Source: Macrostomum lignano (Eukaryota). Taken from it: 64,000 nt of DNA. Location of the stretch: positions 216,023 to 280,022 of the forward strand of contig NIVC01000381.1 in assembly GCA_002269645.1 (NCBI GenBank). The letters run 5' to 3'. This document shows positions 24,891-35,266 of the stretch, piece by piece. Within the stretch, counting starts at the first letter, position 1; the number at the start of each line of letters is the position of its first letter. A program made the translations under genes and the position numbers. The notes under the pieces were generated by a model that worked only from the letters and a program-made list of their open reading frames with translations, had not been told where the DNA came from and made no database searches.

Positions 24891-25007
24891 ATTATATATG
24901 ACAACTACTCAAGAGACTATTAATAACTTGTAATAAATTGTTCAAAGCCTAATATACTCCAGACTGACCACTTACTAATCTAATAAGCCATTAACTAAAA
25001 GTACATC

Positions 25008-27867
25008 ATGGAGTGCAGCATCTGCGGCGCGCCCCCGTCTGGCGTGCACTATGGCGCCACCACCTGCGAAGCTTGTAAAGCATTTTTTAAACGTACTGTG
25101 CACTCCTGTCTTACCTATTCCTGCATTCGGCCGGGAAATCCCGGACAGTGTCCGGTGCACGGCAATCGGCGTCGTCAGTGCGCCGCCTGTCGCTGGCGCC
25201 GCTGCCTCACTGTCGGGATGCGACCAGAGTTGATTAGGTCCTCCGGGACTGCCGCAGCCGACGCTTCTGCTACCGCTAATCCACAGCCGTTGGAGCAGCC
25301 TCAGCCGGTCCAGGAGGACCAGTCTCTGGGATTTCTTAACCATGACCCGAAACTGGCTGACACAGGTGAGAGCTGGGCTAGATGGGAATTAGACACAGGT
25401 GAGAGCTGGGCTAGATGGGAATTATACACAGGTGAGAGCTGGGCTAGATGGGAATTAGACACAGGTGAGAGCTGGGCTAGATGGGAATTAGACACATGTG
25501 AGAGGTAGGGTAGATGGAAATTAGACACAGGTGATAGCTGGGCTAAATAGGGATTAGACACAGGTGAGAGAGAGGGGAAATGATGCGGATTAGGCACTGT
25601 AAGACCAGAATTACGAGAAAATCAGGAGGCCTCCGCTGTCGTACCGAACGTCTTAGCGCTGGTGGGACGACCGGGTCGATTGCTGCTTCGGTGTCACCGT
25701 CGTCATCGTCATTGCCGCCTGACAGCTGAGCCCAGGCGTCAGGCACACCCAGCTGCTCAGGACTGGTGCTGGTAGCCGGAGCCGGCTGCTGCTCATCGGT
25801 CAGTTGCAGAGAGCCGCGCCGCTTCACGAATGGCTTGAGGCGGTCATGGTGCACCACGAGCTTGCGACGCCGCCGAACCGCTAGGCCAGGTGCCAGCCGC
25901 ACTCGATAGTTGACCTCACCCAGCCGCTTGAGAACGACGTAGGGCCCCGTCCAGCGGTTGCTGAGGCTCTTGGAGCGACCAGGCTTCACCGTCTTGCAGC
26001 TTAGCATGACCAGATCGCCTTGGTTGTAGGGCTGAAACCGCACGTCCTTGTTGTATCGTTCGTTTCTATCAGTCTGCGCGCTCTGAAGCTTCTGGTGGAC
26101 GAGCCTCCGACTCTGCAAAAGCCGTTTCTGAACATCCTCGACGTACTCCAGAGTATCCGAAGCGCCGCTGTTGGTGTGCGGCAGCTTGACACCAAGGCAG
26201 TCAGGCAAGTAGACTTATTTAGACACAAATGAGAGGGGAAATGATAGGGATTAGACACAGGTGAGAGGGGGGAAATGATGGGGATTAGACACAAATGAGA
26301 GGGGAAATGATGGGGATTAGACAACAGGTGAGAGAGAGGGGAAATGATAGGGATTAGACACAAGTGAGGCAAAAGAGCGATTAGACAGACTACTGTAACT
26401 GCCCCTCCCCCAACCGACAGGTCTGTTTCAACCGCTCGTCGAGCCGCGCCATCAGCTAAAAGCTGACAGCCCTTTGCTCTACCGCCTGCAACAGTTGGAC
26501 TCTCCGCTGGATCAGCTGCCACCACCGTCGGAGCCTGTGGAGACTCAGCCACCCTTGAGCAGCGAGGAGATCACGGCGGGAGTGTCTCAGGCAAACGAGA
26601 ACCTAGTGCAAAACCTAGTGAGCTTTGCTAAAGGCCTACCAGAGTTTTCTTCGCTGCCTATGTCCGATAAAAAGCTCTTGCTGCAGCATCATTGGTTAGG
26701 CTTGAATGTGTGGGAGATTTCTAATAATTCTGTGCCCTACAACGGTGAGTTAAGGATATTAAGACAGATTAATGAGTTTTTGTCCTAATAAGTATCCAAG
26801 AAATACTTGCTCATAATTCTCTGTCAAAATACCTGTTGGAATACATATTGAAATCCCTATTATAATTCCTATTCGAATCTTTATTAAAATCCACATTAAA
26901 ATCCCAATTAGAATCAGTATTGAAATACCTGTTACAATCTCTATTAGAATCTCTATTAGAGTCCCTATTCTAATATTTATTAGAATCCCTATTTGAATCC
27001 CTATTAGAATACCTATTAGAATCTCTATTATAATATTTATTAGAATCCCTATTTGAATCCCTATTAGAATACCTATTAGAATCTCTATTAGAATCCCTAT
27101 TAGAATCCCTATTAGAATGTCTATTAGAATCCTATTAAAATACCTATTAGAATCTCTATTAGAATCTCTATTAGAATCTCTATTAGAGTCCCTATTATAA
27201 TATTTATTAGAATCCCTATTTAAATCCCTATTATAATACCTATTCGAAGACCTAGTAGAATATCTATTATAATCCATATTAGAATACCTATTAGAATACC
27301 TATTAGAATCTCTATTAGAATGTCTATTAGAAACTCCATTAGAGTCCCTATTATAATATTTATTAGAATCCCTATTAGAATCCCTATTAGAATACCTATT
27401 AGAATCCCCATTAAAATCCCTATTAACCCCATACAACCCATGCAGGCTACATCCGGTTCAGTGACACCTTCCGTCTGCACGAGTCGCACTCGTCTCAACA
27501 CTCGCGCTCATTTTCTAGTCGAGCTGGCCAGCAGATGCGCACGTTTATCCGTAGACTAACCTCTCTGCAGGTGACTAGATTGGAATTTCTGCTACTAAAA
27601 GCAATTTTTCTATTAGACGCAGATGCTCAAACCGAATGGTCGAATAGAGAAGCTATCGACGCTGCTCAGAATTGCTATTTGGTTGAGCTGGCCAAGGTGT
27701 GCGGAGATCCTACCAGGAAGAGCACACTGCTCATGCTGTTTGGCACCCTGTCAGCGATGAAGATTCACTCTGTGGGATTCTGGGCCTCAGTTATTGAGCG
27801 GACGAAGTATCTGCCGCAGCCGCTACTGTCCGAGATGCTGGAATTCTCATTAGCCACAGGAGTCTGA
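25008..27867 (+). CDS. ERR: Nuclear receptor, ERR (NR3B)-like, 3 exons, 367 aa
   Basis: Exons 25008-25365, 26421-26744, 27446-27867 (phases 1/1, 1104 nt). C4 zinc fingers CSIC-x13-CEAC with P-box EACKA. LBD signature FAKGLPEFSSLPMSDKKLLLQHHW, helix-9 motif EFLLLKAIFLLDAD, AF-2 PLLSEMLE. Orthology to ERR rests on the P-box and LBD motifs only. Confidence 0.88.
25358..26390. repeat. 33-bp minisatellite filling NR intron 1 (25358-25595 and 26216-26390), split by a Gypsy fragment
   Basis: Unit gacacaggtgagagctgggctagatgggaatta begins at the exon 1 donor. Later variants read gacacaggtgagagaggggaaatgatggggatta. Confidence 0.88.
25596..26215 (-). mobile_element. Gypsy LTR-retrotransposon integrase C-terminal fragment (GPY/SH3-like region), antisense in NR intron 1
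   Basis: ORF 25543-26208: ...FQPYNQGDLVML...SLSNRWTGPYVVLKRLGEVNYRV...VVHHDRLKPF...LRRSVRQRRPPDFL, a typical Gypsy pol tail. No LTR or TSD seen. Confidence 0.85.
26840..27425. repeat. 12-bp minisatellite (tattagaatccc) filling NR intron 2
   Basis: About 45 degenerate units. Confidence 0.9.
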
Positions 27868-28561
27868 ATTGCTATGTATGAATCGAGGACTTAAAAAATG
27901 TTGTTGAGAGAGAATTTTACACTTCAAAATTTACTTAAAAGGCTTAATTGAATATATTATAAGCCTTCAAATAAGTTCATGTTCATTTTTCTAAGCGTTA
28001 TTTCCTTTTACTACCGTTGGTCCTTGGTTCGAGTTCTGCTTTTCAACGACGATTTAAGACTCAATTATGTTCAGATTATGCGTGTAAATTCTAACCGTGA
28101 TCCCCATTAATTTTAAGGTCCCCAAACATGCAAAAGATTGGAATCTCAGTTCTGTTTGTTTATAATATAACCTATTCTATTTAGAGTTTAACTAAACGCG
28201 CTAAGCCGTACTGCTTGCTAAGGATATCAGTAGTCAGCTCCATTAATATGGCATTTTCTCCTATTTGCTTCTCGATTTACTTAGCGTTCCAAGTTCGAGA
28301 TTCTTAGCGTTACCACTGCACTGGCGGTTGTATTGATGAGCACGTATATAATAAAAGTACTGATTGTACTTAATTGTTTTGTTCACTTGTAATAATGTCT
28401 GTTTTTTGTCTGTGCACACGTTGCTTGTTTTGTTCCTGACATTCTACATGTTTTAAATCCGGTATGTAATTATTGTTAACGGTAAAGCCGCTGTTGTATT
28501 TCGAATTTGTTCAATTCGATTATAGAGCCGTCATCCTCTTTCAGTTCCATTATCTTAGACC

Positions 28562-29030
28562 CGCTTTCCACCCCTTCCTCCCGCTATTTTATAGCAACCA
28601 CCCCTTCCTCCCGCTATTTTATAGCAACCATCCCTTCCTCCCGCTATTTTTAGCAACCACCCCTTCCTCCCGCTACTTTATAGCCACCACCCCTTCCTCC
28701 CGCTTTTTTATAACCACCACCCCTTCCTCCCGCTTTTTTATAACCACCACCCCTTCCTCTCGCTTTTTTATAACCACCACCCCTTCCTCCCGCTATTTTA
28801 TAGCAACCACCCCTTCCTCCCGCTACTTTATAGCCGCCACCCCTTCCTCCCGCTATTGTATAGCCGCCACCCCTTCGTCCCGCTATTTTATAGCAACCAC
28901 CCCTTCCTCCCGCTATTGTATAGCCGCCACCCCTTCCTCCCGCTATTTTATAGCAACCACCCCTTCCTCCCGCTATTTTATAGCCATCACCCCTTCCTCC
29001 CGCTATTTTACAGCCGCCACCCCTTCCTCC
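28562..29030. repeat. 30/33-bp minisatellite (accccttcctcccgctattttatagcaacc)
   Basis: About 15 units read directly. Confidence 0.92.
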
Positions 29031-30277
29031 ATTATCTTAAGTCCTGTAACATACTCTTATGCATACTAGAGAAACAATGCTAAATGAATATGTACGCGTA
29101 CTATTTCTACGTGCTATTTGTACTTTTTGCGGTATTTTGTATCATGCACAGTTTCAAATGATTGTTCTCGCACTTTGTTTTTGCATTCCTGTAAACATAT
29201 CAATAGCATGTTTATATTATGCGAAATAGAAGCTTTATTAGACAGTTTTATTAACCAACTAATAGAAGGCATTAAAATTGCCCGAACTTTTAATCGATAG
29301 TCTTTCTTAATCCCATAATAATCTGCTCTAAGTAATAATTGTTGGTAAAATATTAATAACCGTTTCGCTTGATTTTTCGTTAATCGTTTTCGTTTCTTTA
29401 ATAAAAGCGGATTCGTTGCTTTTGTTCAATTGAATTGTTTTAATAAATTTTTATTTGATTGTTTGGAAGAAAAAGTTGAAATTTATTGGAACGCCTACTG
29501 CTGCCTTTAATGCTTTGGTCGCTAGAAGGAGTTCTATGTTTGACTAATAAATAAAACTCTTTGTTATATTACTAGTTGACAAAATAAATGCAAATTAGTG
29601 CAAAAAGTCAAGTTTTTATCCTGTCTTCTTTAAATTGATTTTTTTACTAATAGCTGCAGCAGATAACATTGTATAATTACATTAGTATATAGTTATTAAA
29701 AAATGCTATTGCACTACTCTTAGGAGTTAGGAGTACTAGTTTTAAGTAGTGCAAAAATAGACGAAATAGTCGATGGTTTACAAGTCACTTTATACGAATT
29801 GAGAGTAAATTTACTCTCACAGCAGCCTGGATAAAAAATAGATTTCGAATCGAACTTCAGAAAACAGCAAACCAAAACCAAATCAAAGTAATTAATTTCG
29901 CAAATAATTTTTAAACATTCAAACCCAGCCAAATTGAAAACAAGGAAGTTTTGGAAGTCTGTGATTACTCAAATGAAGGACTTTGCGCGTTGAGTGTCCA
30001 ATTCATGCCTTATAAGAACATTATAGGAATATTCTGGCCAGGGTTCAACTGAATAGCAAAAGTGCCATACTATACAAACTGAGCGATAAATTTATTAAGC
30101 GATTAGTAAAGACAAGATTACAAAATCTGAAGTTGAGCCAAAAAGTCATAGGCGCAGATAAGCTTGTATATTTTACAATAATACCGCATATACTCAAATC
30201 ACGCTAGAGTACTAAATGTTATATTACCAAGATTTATAATCATGCTAGTTACATATATTTCCTTTTTGAACGAATTT

Positions 30278-32311
30278 TTACTCAATTGACTGTCTGTCAC
30301 TGGTGGACTCAACAGTTTTTATCGTGACCGTCTCCGGCTCGTCAGGCGGCGCGTAGTAGAAAAAAGCGGCCAGTCCCATCAGGGCGACTTCCAGCACCTT
30401 GAGTACGCCGGCAAAGGCGATCACAATCAGCCAGAAGCTCTCGCCGTTGTAGAAGCTGCACGAGCCCTGATGACCGCAGCCGCCGGTCCACAGGCTGCAG
30501 GTGGTGTCAATCAGTTTTCCCATCAAGGGCGGTCCTGGGATGCTGCCGAACAGTCTCAGGATCATCCACTGCAGGCCAAGGCCGAAGTCTTTGAGTGTAG
30601 CCGGTATGACTCGCATCGTGCAGTGCAGAATTGGCACCGAGGTTGAGAATAGTACAAAAATGAACAAAAACAGCATGCTGAGCAGAATCTGCAACTTGTG
30701 ACACGCGTTTTTTATACACGCTCCCTCCACTGCCGAGAACTTTTGATCGCTTCCGTCGATTGCAATCTGTCCGGTAATGCAAGTGCAGTCTGCATAGTAC
30801 TTTGCGCCATTGATCATCGTGCCATTGCTTTGACAGCCTGCGTAGCAGGGCGAGTAATAGATGACGGAGTCTGCGCCGCACACCGGACTGTACATGAACT
30901 TGCTCTCCTGACAGTGGCAGTTCATGTTGCACGTAGCATTCAGCGAGTTGGACTGGTTTGGCGTAAGCGGGTAATTTTGATTGACACCTGCAAACTTCTG
31001 CGGATTGCACTTGGCCAGCAGCCCGAGTCCGAGTATCAAATCCACACAGGCCACGATGAAGCTCAACCACAGAAGTCGTTGTACAGAAAACTTAGTAAAT
31101 CTAATCAATAAACCGCCTGTCATGACGCCAAAGGCGGCTGCGGGCACGGTTACGAGGCCCATAGTGATTGTAGAAGAGCTTTTTGTTAAGTAGAACAAAA
31201 TTTGCAGGATTTTTGGACCGAAAGTGGATAATCCAGTCATTATGACATACTGCATTGCGCCGGAGAATGACAGGAACACAAATGTAGCATTTTTCAGAAG
31301 GGTAACAATTGAACTCCAGAAATGCTTGGCACTGATCTGCGTTGCTGCATTTTCTGCGCCAACGATGTCTCTAGGCGATTCGTGTCTACTCTGCGTCTGA
31401 GAACTTGTCGAGTGGGAAAATCTTTTAGGAAACCCAAAAATGGGTACGACAGATACCAGTGACAGGGTTCCAGACAGAAAAAAGCCGATCCACCAGGCGC
31501 CAACCCACAGGTTATTATTCTTAGGGCTGATATCAGACGGCGTCACGCCCAGCTCGACGTAGATATTGAGGAATATGCCGCCAAGAAGGTAGCCCATGGC
31601 GGGACCGATCAAGCTCATCATGTAGTAAGCACCCAGGAACGCGCCCGACTGCTGCACAGTCAGGTTGTCGTCAAGGTACGCCACGGCCAGTGTGTACAGC
31701 GGAGACGCGCCCACTCCGTGCAGGAACTGTCCGAGCCAAAACACGAACTTGTAGTTGTTGAGAGTCTGCTTGGTACAGAAATCCGGATAGACCTTGCCGG
31801 ACAGGTAGCACAGAGGCGACACCGGACTCTGGTAGTTGTAGGCGTCGGTGGTGAACTGTGGAATGGTGAAGACAAACGATCCGACGCTCATGATGAGCAG
31901 CCCGATGGAGATGAGGCGACTCCGCCGGTACCGGTGTCCGATGTAGGTGACTGGGACCAGGCACAGAACGCTCCCGATGTCGTACATGGAGGCGATGAGT
32001 CCGCTCTCGGATGAAGTCATATCGTATCGCAGCTCGAGGGTTGTTAGCACCGAGTTGACAAAGCCGTTCACGACCAGGCCTTGAGTAAAACTGCTCAGGC
32101 AGAGCCACAGCAGCAGGCAGGAGGGTCGGGCGAAGCACTGGCAGCACTGGGGTTGGCACTTGGGGTGCCAGTTACACGCCACCTCATCCGGGTCGTCATT
32201 GAGCTCATTGCTGTCGCTTTTCAACACATCATCAGTTTTCGGAGAACTTTTCGCAGCGACTTGTTTAGGTTCCTCCACCTCTTGGATTTGAGATGGCGTT
32301 GCTGGCCTCAT
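30278..32311 (-). CDS. Organic anion transporting polypeptide (OATP/SLCO, SLCO4-like), intronless, copy A
   Basis: Single ORF (track 30278-32452; likely start MRPATP at 32311 just after a ttttttcag acceptor, 677 aa). SFTQGLVVNGFVNSVLTTLELRY, GLIASMYDIG, WVGAWWIGF, Kazal-like loop PVCGADSVIYYSPCYAGC, GSIPGPPLMGKLIDTTCSLW; about 12 TM segments. Confidence 0.95.
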   Translation of the reverse strand: MRPATPSQIQEVEEPKQVAAKSSPKTDDVLKSDSNELNDDPDEVACNWHPKCQPQCCQCFARPSCLLLWLCLSSFTQGLVVNGFVNSVLTTLELRYDMTSSESGLIASMYDIGSVLCLVPVTYIGHRYRRSRLISIGLLIMSVGSFVFTIPQFTTDAYNYQSPVSPLCYLSGKVYPDFCTKQTLNNYKFVFWLGQFLHGVGASPLYTLAVAYLDDNLTVQQSGAFLGAYYMMSLIGPAMGYLLGGIFLNIYVELGVTPSDISPKNNNLWVGAWWIGFFLSGTLSLVSVVPIFGFPKRFSHSTSSQTQSRHESPRDIVGAENAATQISAKHFWSSIVTLLKNATFVFLSFSGAMQYVIMTGLSTFGPKILQILFYLTKSSSTITMGLVTVPAAAFGVMTGGLLIRFTKFSVQRLLWLSFIVACVDLILGLGLLAKCNPQKFAGVNQNYPLTPNQSNSLNATCNMNCHCQESKFMYSPVCGADSVIYYSPCYAGCQSNGTMINGAKYYADCTCITGQIAIDGSDQKFSAVEGACIKNACHKLQILLSMLFLFIFVLFSTSVPILHCTMRVIPATLKDFGLGLQWMILRLFGSIPGPPLMGKLIDTTCSLWTGGCGHQGSCSFYNGESFWLIVIAFAGVLKVLEVALMGLAAFFYYAPPDEPETVTIKTVESTSDRQSIE

Positions 32312-33214
32312 TTGATTTTTCTGAAAAAAAGCTTTTGTTTGATTCTTTCTTGTTAGAATTATTCTTCCAAGTTTTTCGGCCTGGTAAGCTTTATATAATC
32401 GGTCGCATAAACTTGCGATTTCGTTGTCTATGGCTTGCGGAACCGTTTTCACTTTTTGTCTGCTGCGGTGTTTTGGTCTTTCTGCAAAAGTGCAGATGTC
32501 TTTTTCCCGAGCGTTGCTATTAAAAGCGGCACATCTGTATGCAAACCAAAAGAATTATTTTTTATCTTTTGCACCATTTTGAAAGCAGTTAAGGTAACTA
32601 CTTGTTAAGTACATGCTAAATATTTTAAATGACTTTTAAGTTTTTGTCTGTTACAGGTCTCGGTTAGTTTGTATGCCAAACAATATTTATAAAACACACA
32701 TTTTTTAGTCAATAAATATTTAATAAAATGTCAGATACAAGCGTAATGCGAGTCAAAAAGATACTTTTATGCACGAAGTGGCGCTGAAAGGGTAAGCATA
32801 GTTTTTATCATCACAGCAAAGAGGAGTGAAATAGTACTGTAATTTCATAGTCTCTGATATCAACTGAACTACAAAGAGCGTTAATAGCGTGTATTTTTAA
32901 AGCATTTAAAATCGGATAATTACAATTACTGCACACTTTAGTATCCATGCTGCACGGAAGATATATTGTGCTAAACACGGTGAGAATAAAAAGAGCTTAA
33001 AAGTGTGACTAACTAGGCACGCAGTAAAACTGTTGGTAAATAGATTAGACGAAAACCACCAGAAGTTGCAGTATTATGAATTACATTGCTCGAACAACGT
33101 AGGATAAAATTAACAGTGATTAAAAACATTCAGCAGGAAAATAAAACAAAAAATAAGTCGCACATTAAAAAGCTGCATTACACAGACGCGGATCTGTAAT
33201 TCTTTAAAAATGGT

Positions 33215-35266
33215 TCAGGCAATGTCCGGTTTGAAAGCTTCGTTGGCGTGCGCCTCGGGGCCAGCGGACTGACCGTCAGGTTTGGTCTCGATTTCAATGT
33301 CAACCTGAATGACCTGGTCAGGCGGCACGTACAGCGCGGCGGCGAGGATCAGGAACAGAATCTCCAGGGCTTTCAGCACGGCCGCAAAGCCAAGCACCAT
33401 CGCCCAGAAGCTCTCGCCGTTGTAGAAGCTGCACGAGCCCTGCTGACCGCAGCCGCCTGTCCACAGGCTGCAGGTGGTGTCAATCAGTTTTCCCAGCACC
33501 AGGGGTCCCGGGATGCTTCCGAACAGTCTCAGGATCATCCACTGCAGGCCCAGGCCGAAGTCCTTTAGCCTAGCTGGTATTACTCGCATCGTGCACTGCA
33601 GCGTGGGTATCGAAATAAAGAAAATTCCAAATAGAAAGAAGCCAATGGTTACTAGCACAATGGGCATCTTGTTGCAGCTGGCGTCCTTGCAAGTGCCCTC
33701 CATAGCTGAGAAGTTGTAATTGTTTGCTGTAATCTGTCCGGTAATGCAAGTGCAGTTTACATAGTACTTTGCGCCATTGATCATCGTGGCATTGCTTTGA
33801 CAGCCTGCGTAGCAGGGCGAGTAATAGATGACGGAGTCTGCGCCGCACACCGGACTGTACATGAACTTGCTCTCCTGACAGTGGCAGTTCATGTTGCACG
33901 TAGCATTCAGCGAGTTGGACTGGTTTGGCGTAAGCGGGTAATTTTGATTGACACCTGCAAACTTCTGCAGGTCGCACTTGGCCAGCAGCCCGAGTCCGAA
34001 TAGCACGTCAACTGCCGCAACTCCAACGCACATCCAGAGTAGACTACGGACTGGCAAGTTGCTGAAGCGAATCACTAAGCCGCCGACTAGCAACCCGATG
34101 GCAGCGCTCGGCACGGACACTAGGCCGATGGTGAGGGTGGCCGTGCTCGCGCTCACCATGAACAGAGTCTGCAACACTTTCGGCCCAAAGGTTGACAGTC
34201 CGGCTACTAAGATAGCGTCCGCGGCACCGCTGAAGGAGATGAACACAAACACTGGGTTGCTCAGGATGACGCCAACCGAGGGGCAGAAGTCTTTAACGTT
34301 TAATTCCTGCATTTCGGCACATTTCGCTTCGGAGTTGCCATGCGTCTCTTGCTTTTTCTCGTGCTGAATGCGAGCCGATCCAGGGAAAAGTTTTGGAAAG
34401 CCAAACAAAGGAACCACAATAATAAGAGACAGAGTTCCAGAAATGAGAAAGCCGACCCACCAAGCGCCAACCCAGAGACTGGTGTTGCTTGGCGTTAGGT
34501 CTGACGGTGTCACACCCAGCTCGACGTAGATATTGAGGAATATGCCGCCAAGAAGGTAGCCCATGGCGGGACCGATCAAGCTCATCATGTAGTAAGCACC
34601 CAGGAACGCGCCCGACTGCTGCACAGTCAGGTTGTCGTCAAGGTACGCCACGGCCAGTGTGTACAGCGGAGACGCGCCCACTCCGTGCAGGAACTGTCCG
34701 AGCCAAAACACGAACTTGTAGTTGTTGAGAGTCTGCTTGGTACAGAAATCCGGATAGACCTTGCCGGACAGGTAGCACAGAGGCGACACCGGACTCTGGT
34801 AGTTGTAGGCGTCGGTGGTGAACTGTGGAATGGTGAAGACAAACGATCCGACGCTCATGATGAGCAGCCCGATGGAGATGAGGCGACTCCGCCGGTACCG
34901 GTGTCCGATGTAGGTGACTGGGACCAGGCACAGAACGCTCCCGATGTCGTACATGGAGGCGATGAGTCCGCTCTCGGATGAAGTCATATCGTATCGCAGC
35001 TCGAGGGTTGTTAGCACCGAGTTGACAAAGCCGTTCACGACCAGGCCTTGAGTAAAACTGCTCAGGCAGAGCCACAGCAGCAGGCAGGAGGGTCGGGCGA
35101 AGCACTGGCAGCACTGGGGTTGGCACTTGGGGTGCCAGTTACACGCCACCTCATCCGGGTTGTCCTTGAACTCTTCGTTCTCCTCGACCTCACTTACCAC
35201 TGGACTCATCTTGCTTTCATAATTTTGCTCGACCTTCTGCCCCGAGTTGGCTTTTCTGTTGTTCAT
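33215..35266 (-). CDS. Organic anion transporting polypeptide (OATP/SLCO, SLCO4-like), intronless, copy B (683 aa)
   Basis: Same OATP motifs; tandem paralog at constant offset 2967 bp. Splice acceptor atctcttttag lies ~20 nt upstream of the ATG. Confidence 0.95.
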   Translation of the reverse strand: MNNRKANSGQKVEQNYESKMSPVVSEVEENEEFKDNPDEVACNWHPKCQPQCCQCFARPSCLLLWLCLSSFTQGLVVNGFVNSVLTTLELRYDMTSSESGLIASMYDIGSVLCLVPVTYIGHRYRRSRLISIGLLIMSVGSFVFTIPQFTTDAYNYQSPVSPLCYLSGKVYPDFCTKQTLNNYKFVFWLGQFLHGVGASPLYTLAVAYLDDNLTVQQSGAFLGAYYMMSLIGPAMGYLLGGIFLNIYVELGVTPSDLTPSNTSLWVGAWWVGFLISGTLSLIIVVPLFGFPKLFPGSARIQHEKKQETHGNSEAKCAEMQELNVKDFCPSVGVILSNPVFVFISFSGAADAILVAGLSTFGPKVLQTLFMVSASTATLTIGLVSVPSAAIGLLVGGLVIRFSNLPVRSLLWMCVGVAAVDVLFGLGLLAKCDLQKFAGVNQNYPLTPNQSNSLNATCNMNCHCQESKFMYSPVCGADSVIYYSPCYAGCQSNATMINGAKYYVNCTCITGQITANNYNFSAMEGTCKDASCNKMPIVLVTIGFFLFGIFFISIPTLQCTMRVIPARLKDFGLGLQWMILRLFGSIPGPLVLGKLIDTTCSLWTGGCGQQGSCSFYNGESFWAMVLGFAAVLKALEILFLILAAALYVPPDQVIQVDIEIETKPDGQSAGPEAHANEAFKPDIA

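Noticed and set aside
30278-32452. 724-aa OATP start at 32452
   Set aside because: The first 47 codons are AT-rich, have no counterpart in copy B and end in a strong acceptor (ttttttcag). ATG 32311 is more plausible.
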